Counted from the stretch's first letter, positions 49,400 to 62,231 are shown. The stretch: DNA of 64,000 bases from Chiloscyllium plagiosum (GCF_004010195.1 NC_057711.1:79026500-79090499); one strand, 5' to 3'. A program made the numbers and translations. Notes: a model not told the origin generated them from the letters alone.

Positions 49400-50818
49400 A
49401 GAGAATCCAAAATGGCAGCAAAGTAAGGCACTCCAGCCGGAGCTCCTCAGCTCTGCCTGTACTTTTTTTTTTTCTCTTTTTTTCTCGCCTTGAATGGAGG
49501 AGCTGGTGAGCCCTGGAGGCAAACCCCAGAGCAGCAGCCAGCATGTGGAAGCACTCCCAGAGCAGCAGTCGGAGCAGGTGAAGCGCCACTGGGTGAGGCC
49601 AGTGAGGGGAAGCAGCCCTGGGTGGAGGACTGTGAGGGGAAGCACCCGTGGATGGAGGACTGTGAGGGGAAGCAGCCGTGGGTGGAGGACTGTGAGGGGA
49701 GCAGCCCTGGTTGGAGGCTAGCAAGTGGAAGCAGCCCTGGGTGGAGGCCAGTGAGGGGAAGCAGCGCTGGGTGGAGGACAGCAAGGGGAAGCAGCCCTGG
49801 GTGGAGGCCAGTGAGGGGAAGCAGCCCTGGATGGAGGACTGTGAGGGGAAGCAGTCCTGGCTGGAGGCCAGTGAGGAGAAGCAGCCCTGGGTGGAGGCCA
49901 GCAAGGGCAAGCAGCCCTGGGTGGAGGCCAGCGAGGGCAAGCAGCCCTGGGTGGAGGCCAGTGAGGGGAAGCAGCCCTGGGTGGAGGCCAGTGAGGGGAA
50001 GCAGTCCTAAATGGAGGACAGCGAGGGGAAGCAGTCCTAGATGGAGGCCAGTGAGGGGAAGCAGTCCTGGGTGGAGGATAGCGAGGGAAAGCAGCCCTGG
50101 GTGGAGGCCAGTGAGGGGAAGCAGCCCTGGGTGGAGGACAGCGAGGGGAAACAGTCCTAGATGGAGGACAGTGAGGGGAAGCAGCCCTGGGTGGAGGCCA
50201 GTGAGGGGAAGCAGCCCTGGGTGGAGGACAGCGAGGGGAAACAGTCCTAGATGGAGGACAGTGAGGGGAATCAGCCCTGGGTGGAGGTCAGTGGGGGGAA
50301 GCAGCCCTGGGTAGAGGGCTGTGAGCCAAAGCAGTCCTGGGTGGAGGCCAGCGAGGGGAATCAGCCCTGGGTGGAGGTCAGTGGGGGGAAGCAGCCCTGG
50401 GTGGAGGCCAGTGAGGGGAAGCAGTCCCAGAGAAAACTTACCTTGGAGCAGCTGAGAGCCAATGCCAAGCATACTGGGGACTTGGTGTGAGGTAGTTGTT
50501 GGAGTGGGTGGTAAGGCTACGTGGAATCCCCTGTGCTCAACTACTGTAACATAATGCTTATTCAAATTGTTTTTGTATCTGACTGTTATGTCAAACCTTT
50601 AACTATGTCTTATTTCTAACTTATTCTCTAAACACTGCAAAGTAAGGCAATCACTTTTTTATTCCTCTTTTGTATTTAAGATTGTACCTAGGTACTTATA
50701 TCTAAGATGGTGCCATAAAAGATGACATTGTGAAGCTTTTCACTGTAGTCCTGTACCTTTGTACTTGAATACACCTGTCAATGAAGGATACGCCATTCTA
50801 TATTGTTCTATTCTATTC
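49400..50818 (+). mobile_element. Putative composite non-autonomous retroelement: head + VNTR + Rex/Babar-like tail
   Basis: Head tccaaaatggcagc; 30-bp VNTR; tail cttttcactgtag..acctgtcaatgaa..ttctattctattc resembling the Rex-Babar 3' UTR at 13713-13760. Confidence 0.5.
49591..50428. repeat. G-rich 30-bp minisatellite, about 28 copies
   Basis: Consensus gtggaggccagtgaggggaagcagccctgg. Confidence 0.98.
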
Positions 50819-50939
50819 AAAGGCTTAACTGGGCAAGGTATGTTTTTTTCTGTTTGTTGTGTCATTTGATATTAGTCGGTCAAGTTGATTTTAATCTTAT
50901 TAGAGATTTTCATGGTGGTTTGATATCACTGACATACAA

Positions 50940-51250
50940 ACAAACATCGGAACATACGAATTAAGGGCAGAAGTAGGCTATTCGACTGTTCAAGCCTGCT
51001 CTGCCATTCTACAAGACCATGGCTGACCTGATTGCGTTTTGAATTCCATACCTCCAAGAACTTTTGATTCCCCTGCTTATCTACCGCTGCCTTAAAAATA
51101 TCTAAACATCCCATATCCATTGTCTTCTGATGTCGAGCATTCTAAACTTGTACAATTTTCAGGGAGAAAAAGAATTTCCTCATCTCTGTTCAATGAAAAG
51201 TGACATCTAGTTTTAGAACAGTGCCCCTAGTTCAGGAATCATCCACACCT
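50940..51250 (-). mobile_element. CR1 3' end, diverged
   Basis: gaacatacgaattaagggcagaagtaggctattcg tail; aatttcctcatctctg. Confidence 0.75.
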
Positions 51251-51559
51251 TGAGTGCTACTGTACTCTTGTGTTTGTATTAATGATACATAGACAGATCC
51301 TTGTCAGGACAAAAAGGTCTACTTGCTTTCAAAGACAGAGTGTGTGAGGTTTCTCTTGTAAAATACAGTTAGGGTAGTTGCTTGTAATGGTAGTTTCAAG
51401 GGAATCCTAATCAAGTTAACTCCAATCCTTTTTAGGTAGCCTGCTGTTTGTGGTTGATGTTACACTCTCCTATTTGTTTTGTCTCTGGTTCATAACTGCA
51501 ATCTTTAATTCAATATAAAGACAATTTCTGAGGATTGCTGAAGGATATTATTTTATTTT

Positions 51560-53620
51560 CATTGCATCAATGTGAACATCGACAATTTAGTATTGCATTT
51601 TTAGCATGATAAAACAAATCAAGCTTCTTCATGGGAGCATTACAAAACAAAATTTGGCATTGAGCTCCTTAAAGTGATATACGGTCAGATAATCACAAAC
51701 TTGGTCAAAGTTGATCGTTTTAAGGAAAGTGTTAAAAGAAGAAAGTTAAGGAGAGAGGCAAAATGCTTTCTGGAAGCAATTCCAGAATTTAAAATAATTT
51801 TAAACATCCTGTTCAGAGATGTTCTGACATCTGAGGATTTCAACCCGAGCTTCTTGGTCCAAAGGTAGGGACATTACCCTTGTACCAAAAGAAGCTGAAG
51901 CATGGCCACCAATGGTGAAGTGATTAAAATTGGGAATTCACGAGAGGATGGAATTAATGGAGAATTGTTATCAAGAAGGTTTCTAGGGCTGGAGGAGATT
52001 ACGGAGGTACACAAGGCAAGACCAACGAGCAATTTAAAATGAGAAATGCAAATTTAAAAATCAAAACACTGTTGACCTAAGAACAACATATGTTAGTAAG
52101 GACAGGAGCACTAGGTGAATGGGACTTGATCTGAGTAAAGACAGGAGCAATATAGTTTTAGATGACCTGAAGTTCATAGAGGTGACCATGTGGAGACCAG
52201 CCAAGACCACTTTGGAACAGTTAAACCTAGAGATAACAATATCATGAATGAGGGTTTTGGCAGCAGCTCAGTTGAGACAGGAAAAAGTCAGGCATTGTTA
52301 CAAATGTATTAGAGAATAAGGTCCCTTTAAATCTGAAATTTTCTTGTATTTTCTGCAAAGCACGTGAACTCATTTAATCTTAAGACAAAAGGAAACCGGC
52401 TATAAGGACCATCTAGAACATTATGTTCCATAAATTGTATCAAAGAACAAATGGCACAATATGTACCGCATTTTCATTGCAGTGTTCATAGATATAGAAG
52501 TTTTGCTCCAAAAAAGAATAAAAACTAACCTGCAATTGAAGGCGAGTAAAGTGGAGAATAGACATGCTGATGTCATGAGTAGCTATCCCATGTTCATTGG
52601 CCAGTAAGTTTTAAATAGGTGATTGACAGCCTATAGAAATAGAATGCATCACCAAATACTCAAAGGGCAGTCCTGAGCAGACTGTGCTTGTAGGCGAAGT
52701 CCTCATCAGGAAGCTGTCTTCTTCAGATAGAAGATAATCCACGAGAGAAACAGAGAAGATTGTGGTTAGAGAGTTGAAGATAGAGATGTTGCCTTCAAAA
52801 CTTTATGAGATAAACACACTCTATGCTAACAGCTTGTATGTCCTCTGGTATCAGTGAACTATCTTTAACTGTCATGGGTTGAAAATGTTTATTGTCTAAT
52901 TAGCTGTTGTATCAAGTCCAAAGCGCTGCTTCTTAACGAACATAATAAACTATTTAAAAATTCCTTACAAATGATCATGAACCTCCAAAATCTAACAGAG
53001 GTGGAAGTAGATGGTCTTTGTGATGGTGTGCATATGGGATTAAATGTGTATCTCGGGGTCAAATCTGACACCAAGGCTGGGAACAGGCTAGTTAGGTTCC
53101 AGTCAATGGTCATATAGAGAGATGAGATCATCAACTGGGAAACAGTCCTTTCAATATTTAACGGAAGTATATTTTTGTTCACATAGTTGTAGGTTTGGGA
53201 AGGCAATCTGATGAATTAGCAACAATGGAGGAGTCAAGAGAGATTATGGTGAAGTATCACTGAGCGTTGTCAACATTCATGTGAAAACTAATGCTGAATT
53301 TGCGGAGGGATAGCAAGGAGATATGAAATTGTCATGGTTTCAAGTATAGATTCTTTAGGTGACAGCAGAGGTAATGGTATTTGTGTGGGAAGAGAAACAA
53401 TAGGGTAGCAAGTGACACTCTGCGTTCGATTAGATTGATCAGAATGGAACCAGGTGAGAATAATGTCAGCAAACTGGTGGAAATTGTTGGAGTAGATGAA
53501 CTGTCATCCTAGACAAAGGCTACAGACAGATCAAAATGGAGGAGAAAGACATATTTACTTATCCGGACACATAGGATGTCATTTGTGACTTTGATAAGTG
53601 CCTTTTTAGTAGTGGGATTA
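51560..53620 (-). mobile_element. Degraded L2-type LINE fragments (with a short SINE monomer at ~51800-51895)
   Basis: Purine-rich plus strand with aaacttggtcaaag, gggctggaggagattac and gagcgttgtcaacattcat segments typical of antisense L2; no open frame. Confidence 0.5.
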
Positions 53621-53644
53621 GGTGGAAACCTGGATGACACGAGC

Positions 53645-54420
53645 TATGTGGTTGAATGATAGGAAACAGAAAGTAACAGGTAATGGATGTTTTTCAGGTT
53701 GGAAGAAGGTTTGTAGTGGAGTTCCTCAGAGGTCGGTATTGGGACTCTTGCTTCTCCTGATAAGTATTTATGATCTGGAGCTTGTTGTACAGGGAACAAT
53801 TACAAATTTTGCAGATGACATGAAACTTGGAAGAATTATAAACTGTGAGGAGGACAGTGTGGAATTCCAAAAGGACATTGACAAGATGGTGGAGTGGACA
53901 GATAGGTGACAGATGAGGTTCAATGTAGAGAAGTGTAATGTGATGTACTTTGGCAGGAAGAACATTGAAAGACAATACAAATAGGGTGTACAATTCTAAA
54001 GGGGTTGCAGGGGCAGAGAGAGTTGGCTGTGTATGTGCACAGGAAATTGAAGGTGGGAGGACAGGTACAGATGCACAGATGTTAATAAAACATACAGTGC
54101 CCTTGGCTTTATTAATAAGTCACAGATTACAAGGAGGAAGTAAGGTCTGCAGATGCTGGAGATCAGAGTTGAGAGTGTGTTGCTCGAAAAGCACATGCAG
54201 GTCAGCCAGCATCCGAGGAGCAGGCGAATCGATGTTTCAGACTGCAGCCCTTCCTCAGGAATCCTGATGAAGGGCTCCGGCCTGAAACATCCATTCTCCT
54301 GCTCCTTGGATGCTGGCTGACCTGCTGTGCTTTTCCAGCAACACACTCTCTCGACACAGATTACAAGGGCAAGGAGGTGATATTAGACTTGGACAAGATA
54401 TCTGTTAGCCCTCAGCTCAG
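53645..54420 (+). mobile_element. CR1 RT fragment, interrupted by a foldback element
   Basis: SGVPQRSVLG..NFADDMKLG..QKDID. Confidence 0.9.
54135..54354. mobile_element. Penelope-derived foldback mini-element (family A-related)
   Basis: ~90-bp inverted arms centred on 54261; hammerhead-like ctgatgaagggctccggcctgaaacatc at 54264-54291; 14-bp TSD cacagattacaagg at 54121-54134 and 54355-54368. Confidence 0.9.
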
Positions 54421-57400
54421 ACAGGATAACACCTGAAGGGAAAGAAGCATTTTGGATAACAAGGACCTCAGGTGACAAATTGAATCATCATCAATTTACT
54501 GGGAATACAGTAATAGGAGAAGGAGGTGATACTTGTGGACAAGGTGAGCTCGGAAAGAGAACGAGGGGAGATAGGAATAGCATGAAGATATGGGTTCAAA
54601 GCTGGAGAAGAGAGAGCATTAAAGGAATTTTAACTAAGTAGGCCAGTGGAAGAGAAGCATGCAGCAGATCAAGCTGATAAATACATTGAGAACTTATTGA
54701 CAAAGAAGTCCATGCATTCTCAAACTTAACGTTGGAGGTGAGCATGGAGGAGTCAGGAGTGGTGTTTAAGGAAATAGTTTGCAGATGAGAAAATTAAGTC
54801 ATGGCTATTTGTGTATTGCAGGATGGTTCTGAATTAATAAGTGGTTTTAGCAGATATGAGCCAGACCTGACAGTGCTTTATGTAGTCCAGAAATATCTGA
54901 ATGGAGCTAAGAAAAGAAATAAATTTAACCACATTTCTCTGTATCTTATTTCCTTGTGGCATTAAACAAGCTAGAATCTAATAATGGCCCCATGAAGTTA
55001 ATTTCATGAAGTTTCTTGTCTTGGACTCATTGCATGGAATCTTCTTTTATTATTTTGGAACAAATGGTGGAAAGTTATATATCTGCTCCAGTTATCTGTT
55101 GATACATTTTTTCACTGCTGCACATTTTTCTTCTTGCAATAAACTTAATGAATAACTTTAGTACGAACAAAATGATCTGATTATCTGTTTTCCATAGATT
55201 CAGTAAGATCTTGACTTATACACAGTCTTTAGCTTCAAAAAGGTTTATCAAGCTGTAGTTGGAAATAGTAAATTAAGGAAAAGGAAAATAAAAGAAAAGG
55301 ATAAAAGTTTGTGCAAAGAAATTAGTTTTAAGACGTAACTCGAAGAAGTGAAAAGAGACTGATAGACAAAGGGATTCAAGGAACATGTGGCCTTAATTGA
55401 AAATAACTTAAGACTTGTCACCAAGAGAGAGATGAGGGAAAAAAAAATAGGATGAATCAAGAGGTTATTGTCAGTGGAAGCAAGTCAAAGCCAAATGTAA
55501 TGACGAAGCTCTCAATATACTTACAAATAACAGCAGAAACCTAAAATTTTTGTTGTTCAATTAAGCACCAATGTAAATTCTTAAAGATGAGAGGATGACT
55601 GTGTGGAATTTTAATGAATGTTTGGAGTAACTGTAGCTTGTGGAGGGAGGACAAAGTTAAGTCAAAACGGAGTGTTCTAACTGAGGATGCTTGAAGAAAA
55701 TTTGATATAATTTTCTTGATATAAATTTTCCCTGATATAAGAAAATCCATGAAATATAAATGATGCATATCCTGGAAACTCAAAATGGAGATGACTTTGG
55801 GGCTGCTTTGCAGCTCACGTTAACTGCTGGTGATAAGCAGTGATCATTAAACCACCATGATTCAGAAACTTATGTGCAATCAAAGGAAGCACTGTGGATC
55901 ATGTTTAAAACATGAAAATATCTTTAAGTGGCTGAGCAGTTACTTTATTGCAGTTACTATATACTATACTGTGCAGTTACTATATACAATGTATTAACTA
56001 TTTACCTATCATATTAACTCACTTCAAAACATATTCAAAAGAGGTGCCCATCAAAGATGAGAATCAATTTTGCATTCAAATGTTGTACAAATGCAACAAA
56101 AATGTCAAACTTCATGTTGGGACCCGTTCTTTTGGAACCCCAGAAATATGGGTTCCCATGCCAACTCCCACTCATGTCAGCACTGATGTCACTGTCAAGT
56201 TAAACTGAGCTTGGCTTCAGATTTGCTGGAATTGCCACCCACTCCACACCCACTCGCCCTGAGCACATCGCAACTTAAAACTGATCGCATTGTATCATTA
56301 GGACCACTTACTCAGGGAAGGATAATTCTTACCCATCTCAGATATCCAGAAGTCCCGCTGGATAAGTTAAAAAGAAGCCATATATAAATGCAGATGTTCA
56401 CATCAGGTTGGCAGCTAGCATGCCTTCCTCTGAAGCTGGAGTGAACATTCAATGTCAATGATATGTTTAAATACATAAATTATGCTGAACCATATTTCAT
56501 GATTAGAACTCAAATTGATGGTATTTTATAAATTCCAAACTGCTATGCTTGGCTCAAAAGCATAAAGATATTGTTTTACTGAGCTGTTATTTCATATTTT
56601 TCACTGCTTGTGTGAAGGAAACACACCATAAAACCATTTCTTAATATTTATTATTTATGACAACTATTGAAAATGTTTCATAATACGCTTTGAATGGGGA
56701 ACATTCATTCAACATGATAGCAAAATTATGTTTTATTTCAAAACCCCAAGGGTGAAATAATAGGTGAGTGTTTAAAAAAAAGTATTTAATTAAACATAAG
56801 ATTCAGTTAACAAATGGACGAACTCTGACTTTTTAATATATTAAATTCAGCATTTCCTGAAATGCTACCTCGATGTGTCCCAGTTGTATTCAGTTTGTCT
56901 GACAGCAATTGCACTAATTAGAGAAGAGGAGGCAGGAATGCTAATTTCACTTTAATCTGTTATTCAGAAATTGTACAGTGATATTCATTTCTGAAACTTT
57001 ATGAACTAGTGTGTTTTTCCATAAATCTGCTGAATTTCCTACATCTGTCATTCTGAGTTCATTGATTTTAATAGCACAATCTCAGGAATCCCACGAGTCA
57101 GAAAGTTAGATTCAATTATTTTTTTATCTGAAATTACCCCAAAATGGTGTGATTTATTTTTAAAAAGACATTGATAGTGATGAGTGGTTTAAGCATGTGC
57201 CTTGTTTGGGTCCTTCTCATACCCAATATTCTGTGCATTAAAAAATACTTCTGTTGAAGAAACAATCATTATCCCTCATCCTGTTAAGAGAGCTGCAGGA
57301 AACATCTGTGAAGCAGAATGTCTTAAGGGCTATTGACTGAGTGGAAATGGGATATCAAATGGATGGGTTGATTCTAGAAATAGAATGCTTCCAGTCAGGT

Positions 57401-57997
57401 AGCAGCAGGCTTGAGAGGAAAGTGGAGACTGGAGGACTGGGACTGGGGCCAGGGATAGGAGCGGGGTGGAGGTAAGGAGGAAATATTCCTACCAACATCG
57501 AAGTTTCCGAAATACAAGCAGGAATATAGTTTGGCTGCATGCAGTATGGAGGTAGTTAATTAAATCCCCAAACAGGTGATTTAAAGGGCCTACCAGCATC
57601 TTGCTCACAGTTGAGTGGCCCTTAACGCATATAGAGACTGAAGGGTTCATCCATGTTTGTATAACCGTAGCTTTTCATACTAATGTGACCTCTGATGTTG
57701 TGGTTATGTCAATAAAGGTTATGCGTAGTAGCCATTTTACACACCAAAAGGAATATAGTGTTAAAAGAGTACATTTGGGATTGAGTGGAGTTTGATAATT
57801 GTAGGGACATGGCATCCAATGAGTGAGCAGACACCAGACAATCAGTCAACAACAACTCACAGAAATACCATTCAAAGACGTTCTTGCTTTCAATAGTTCA
57901 AAATGTGTGTGGAGGGTCAAATGAGACTGGGACCACACAGAAAGAACAAACAATTTTGTTTTGTTCAATTTGTTAATTTTCTTTATGAACCACATAT

Positions 57998-59093
57998 ATA
58001 GAGTCATAGAGTCAAAGAGATGTACAGCACGGAAACAGACCCTTCAGTTCAACTCATCCATACCAATCAGATACCCCAAACTAATCTAGTCCTGTTTGCC
58101 AGCACTTGGCCCATATACCTATAAACCCTTCGTATTCATATGCACATCCAGATGTCTTTTAAATGTTGTAATTGTACCAGCCTCCACCACTTCCTCTGGC
58201 AGCTCATTCCATACAAGCACCACCCTCTGCATGAAAAGGTTGCCCCTTAGGTTGCTTTTAAATCTTTCCCTTCTCACCCTAAACCTATGCCCTCTAGTTC
58301 TGGACTCCCACACCCCAGGGAAAAGGCCATGTCTATTTATCCTATCCATGCCCTTCATGCTTTTATAAACCTCTATAAGGCCACCCCTCAGCCTCCATCG
58401 CTCCAGGAAAAACAGCCCCAGCCTATTCAACCTCTCCCTATAGCTCAAGTCCTCCAACCCGGGCAACATCCTTGTTAATCTTTTCTGAACCCTTTCAAGT
58501 TTTACAACATTCTTCCGAAAGGAAGGAGACTAGAATTGCAAGCAATATTCCAACAGTGGCCTAACTAATGTCCTGTACAGCTGCAACATGACCTCCTAAC
58601 TCCGATACTCAGTGCTCTGACCAATAAAGGAAAGCATACCAAACGCCTTCTTCACTATCCCATTTACCAGAGACTCCACTTTCAAGGAACTATGAACCTG
58701 CACTCCAAGGTCCCTTTGTTCAACAACAATCCCCAAGACCTTACCATTAAGTGTATAAGTCCTGCTCTGATTTCCTTTTCCAAAATGCAGCACCTCACAT
58801 TTATCTAAACTAAACTCCATCCGTCACTCCTCAGCTCATTGGCCCATCTGATCAAGATCCCGTTGTATGCTGAGGTAACCTTTATCGCTATCCACTACTC
58901 CTCCAATTTTGATATCATCTGCAAACTTACTAGCTATACCTCCTATCTACATAAATGATGACAAGCAGTGGAACCAGCACGATCCTTGTGGCACACCACT
59001 GGTCACAGGCCTCCAGTCTGAAAAGCAACCCTCCACCACCACCCTCTATCTTCCACCTTTGAGCTAGTTCTGTATCTAAGTAACTAGTTCTCC
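57998..59093 (-). mobile_element. HER1-type CR1, RT C-terminus and 3' end
   Basis: ORFs 58596-58820 and 58119-58469; catagagt tail. Confidence 0.96.
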
Positions 59094-59410
59094 AGAGTAA
59101 TTTGAAAATTATAAAGTATACATTTTATTTTAGTTTTTGTGAAAAGGTAAATGTTTGAAGAAATATGCATGTACATTGTTGATCTGTCATGCTGATATGA
59201 TCTCTGAGGTCATCACTTGTATATAAAGGTTTTGGGCAATAACCAGTTTAGATACCACATAGGCCGTTGTCTGAAGCAGCTGGGGTACTCTCGTAGCCAG
59301 AGGCTCAATGGACCAAAAAGGGTAATAAAATATCCCTCTGATTTGAGGGACATATTCTCTTCCTGACTTAGTAATTTTTGTTAACCCTCCAAGTAGGCCT
59401 CAATGGTGAG

Positions 59411-59503
59411 CCTAGACTAGAGTGGTGCTGGAAAAGCACAGCAGGTCAGGCAGCATCTGAGGAGCAGGATAATCGGCGTTTCGGGCAAAAGCCCTTCATC
59501 AGG
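59411..59503 (-). mobile_element. 93-bp Penelope pseudo-LTR fragment starting at the hammerhead
   Basis: Minus strand cctgatgaagggcttttgcccgaaacgcc (GUC mutated to GCC); 9-bp TSD aatggtgag at 59402-59410 and 59504-59512. Confidence 0.85.
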
Positions 59504-60320
59504 AATGGTGAGGTGCCCTGAAAATCTCCAACACAGCAGAACAGTGCAAACCTCTCCCTTGATTGAATGACAAACACAGAAGTGGCCAAATAGGAGACTG
59601 CTTCCAGAAACATCACTGTCTTACTGCCAGTGAATGTTGTCTCAGGACCTCCACATGGTCATCATGTCAGGGTTGCAAAGTCCATAGAAAAATACGATCC
59701 TATATTCACAAGGATCTATTCTTAGCTGGCTGAAGAGCCTGTCCAGGTGAAGCAGGAGATTATTAACTTGCATTTACATTCCATCTTTATTGTAGAAAAA
59801 CTTTCTAAAGCACTTAGACAAGTGTAATCATTCAAGCTGTAGCTTACAGTTGAAACCACATTGCATTCACATTTTCCATGGTTTCACATGGGAGTATGGG
59901 CCGATTTAATGTTATTTATGGACGGGAAAGGTAGCTGATGAAGTGGTCTGAGCATCATTAACATGCCATTGACAACCAACTGGCATGGGAGACAATCCCA
60001 TGAGGAAGGATCACAGGTGGACTGAATATCAAGAGAATTCCATTCTTCCTGGTCCCACTGAGGTAAAGCTGTTCAGGCCATTTTTTCAGCAATCTCCTTT
60101 AATCCCTTTAAGGTCTGTTTGTGAGTCTTCTTAATGTTTGGCACGAATGTGTGAAGAATGTACATTGGCATGCTCCCACTGCACCTGAATTGCACTTGAA
60201 AATTGCAATTAGAGTCTTATACCTAGCACAAGGGCCTGATCTACATGTATAAACAGCCTCCAACCTGCTTCAGACAGACAGGCTGCTCATTCATTAATAG
60301 GCTGGTCTCAAAATGGTATT

Positions 60321-60493
60321 AACAAGGTAAAAACAAGGACTGCAGATGCTGGAAATCAGATTCTGGATTAGTGGTGCTGGAAGAGCACAGCAGTTCAGGC
60401 AGCATCCAAGGAGCTTCGAAATTGACGTTTCGGGCAAAAGCCCTTCATCAGGAACAAAATCGACGTTTCGGGCAAAAGCCCTTCATCAGGAAG
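60321..60493 (-). mobile_element. Penelope pseudo-LTR mini-element with two tandem hammerhead motifs
   Basis: Two intact ctgatga-a-gggcttttgccc-gaaacgtc copies (60462-60489, 60424-60451); 10-bp TSD aaatggtatt at 60311-60320 and 60494-60503. Confidence 0.9.
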
Positions 60494-61720
60494 AAATGGT
60501 ATTCAAAATGTTATTGGCTGGGCATTGAGCATCAATGAGGCAGCTGAGTAGCGCTTTGTCCCCAGTTTTCAATAGCTGACTGTCAGCTTTTTGAACATGA
60601 AGGAGGTAGGTGCCAATTGAAAATCACCACCAGCAATGCATTGTTTAGCTGTGAGATATGATTAAGTACTAATGGATATATAACAAGGCTTCATCACAGC
60701 TTTATACTTTTCAAAGTCAAATAGTGTGTTAGGATTGAATAGCTATTTATGGGCTTGCTGTTTGATGAGAAAAAAGGTCGAAGTGTTGACCAACTTCACT
60801 GGTGAATCACTCTCCTCTTGGATGAGTGTGTAGTCTATACATTAACGAAACATGTGGCTCGTTCAGCTTACACATTTCACCTAAAAGCAAAGCATTTGGA
60901 GCAGCACAAAGTAGCCCTAAATATTAACTTGACCCTGATAGTTGTATTTATGCAAGTCAGAATTAAAGAAAAAATCTCCCCTTCATGGACCATGTATTGA
61001 ACTTTTGCTGCTGTCTGGCCTCAACTGTTTATTTTAGTTGGCAGCAGTAGATTTTATTTTGCAAAATAATTTGGGATAGTTTGAAAAATTAAGGAAATAG
61101 AATGCGTACTCACCAACATCCCATCTACAATTTCTTTCCAATAAAAATTCCAGAAATTTTGAAAAAAATAACTTTTAAAAAGCCCCACTACTATGAACTT
61201 AGTGCAAATCTGGAATTGCAAAATTGGAACATGTGAATGGACAGAAAAATATGAATGTCAAATGTTTCAATTCATTATGTGGTTCTGATGTATGATACTC
61301 TGCAGCAGAAACCCCAAAGTTGAAAGCTTACTCTGCCTTGGATGGAATCACTACAGTGTTCAAAAAATAAACAGTTGAAAACTCACAAGCAGAAGGAATA
61401 GAGTGAGCATCATGCCTGAGGCCTAAACACCAAATTTTCTGTTTCCACTGGCCTCAAAGTACAACTGAGCAATTAATTTTGCCAAGTGGAACATTTGCTC
61501 TGTAGTTTGATGTGAAAAGCCGTACAATGACACTGAGCTGCCGCTTCGGTAACAGGACGTTTTTTTTGCCTGCCAGAAGCTTTCATTAAAAGGTGCAATT
61601 ACAATTTTCCAGGGACAGATGAAGGAGGATATTCTTGGAGTCCAACGATTAATTTATGACAATTTGTTCGGTCGTTGTATGTTATGATGCATAGGATAAC
61701 AGTTTTCATCAACATACATA

Positions 61721-62041
61721 GGGGTGGCATGGTGGCTTGGTGGTTAGCACTGCTGCATTACAGTGCCAGGGGCCTGGGTTCAATTCCAGCCTCAGGTGCC
61801 TGTCTGTTAATTCTCTCTGTGCCTGTGTGGATTTCTTCCAGGTGATCCTCCTACAATCCAAAGATGAGCAGGTTAGGTAAATTGACCATGTTAAATTGCC
61901 CATAGTATTCAAAGATGTGTAGATTATGTGCATTAGTCAGGAGTGAATACATGGTAAGGGAATGGGTCTAGGTGAGTTACTCTTTGGAGGGTTGGTGTAG
62001 ACTTGTTAGGCTGAAGGGCCTATTTCCACACTGTAGGGATT
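61721..62041 (+). mobile_element. HE1-type SINE, diverged
   Basis: ggtggttagcactgctgc, gggttcaattcc, tttccacactgtaggga. Confidence 0.88.
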
Positions 62042-62231
62042 AAAAAAAACTCTCAGCCATGAGACAGAAAGGGCAATACAGTTTTGCTTTAAACATTCCA
62101 TTATAAGTTTTTAACAGATTTCTTTTTTTTCTGAGCTTTCCGATCTTTTGTAAAACTATTTGTTAAACGGCCAAAAGAATGGAACAAAATGAAATAATAA
62201 TCATCCCAGAGTGGAGATTTAAGCCATTCAC

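Noticed and set aside
49591..50428. CRISPR array
   Set aside because: Units are directly adjacent with no unique spacers, in eukaryotic DNA with no cas genes.
49447..50565. 372-aa and 274-aa repeat ORFs (LHPGLLPLTG / GSSPGWRPVR)
   Set aside because: By-products of a GC-rich 30-bp minisatellite that is open in several frames on both strands; early units carry 1-bp indels; no evidence of a gene.
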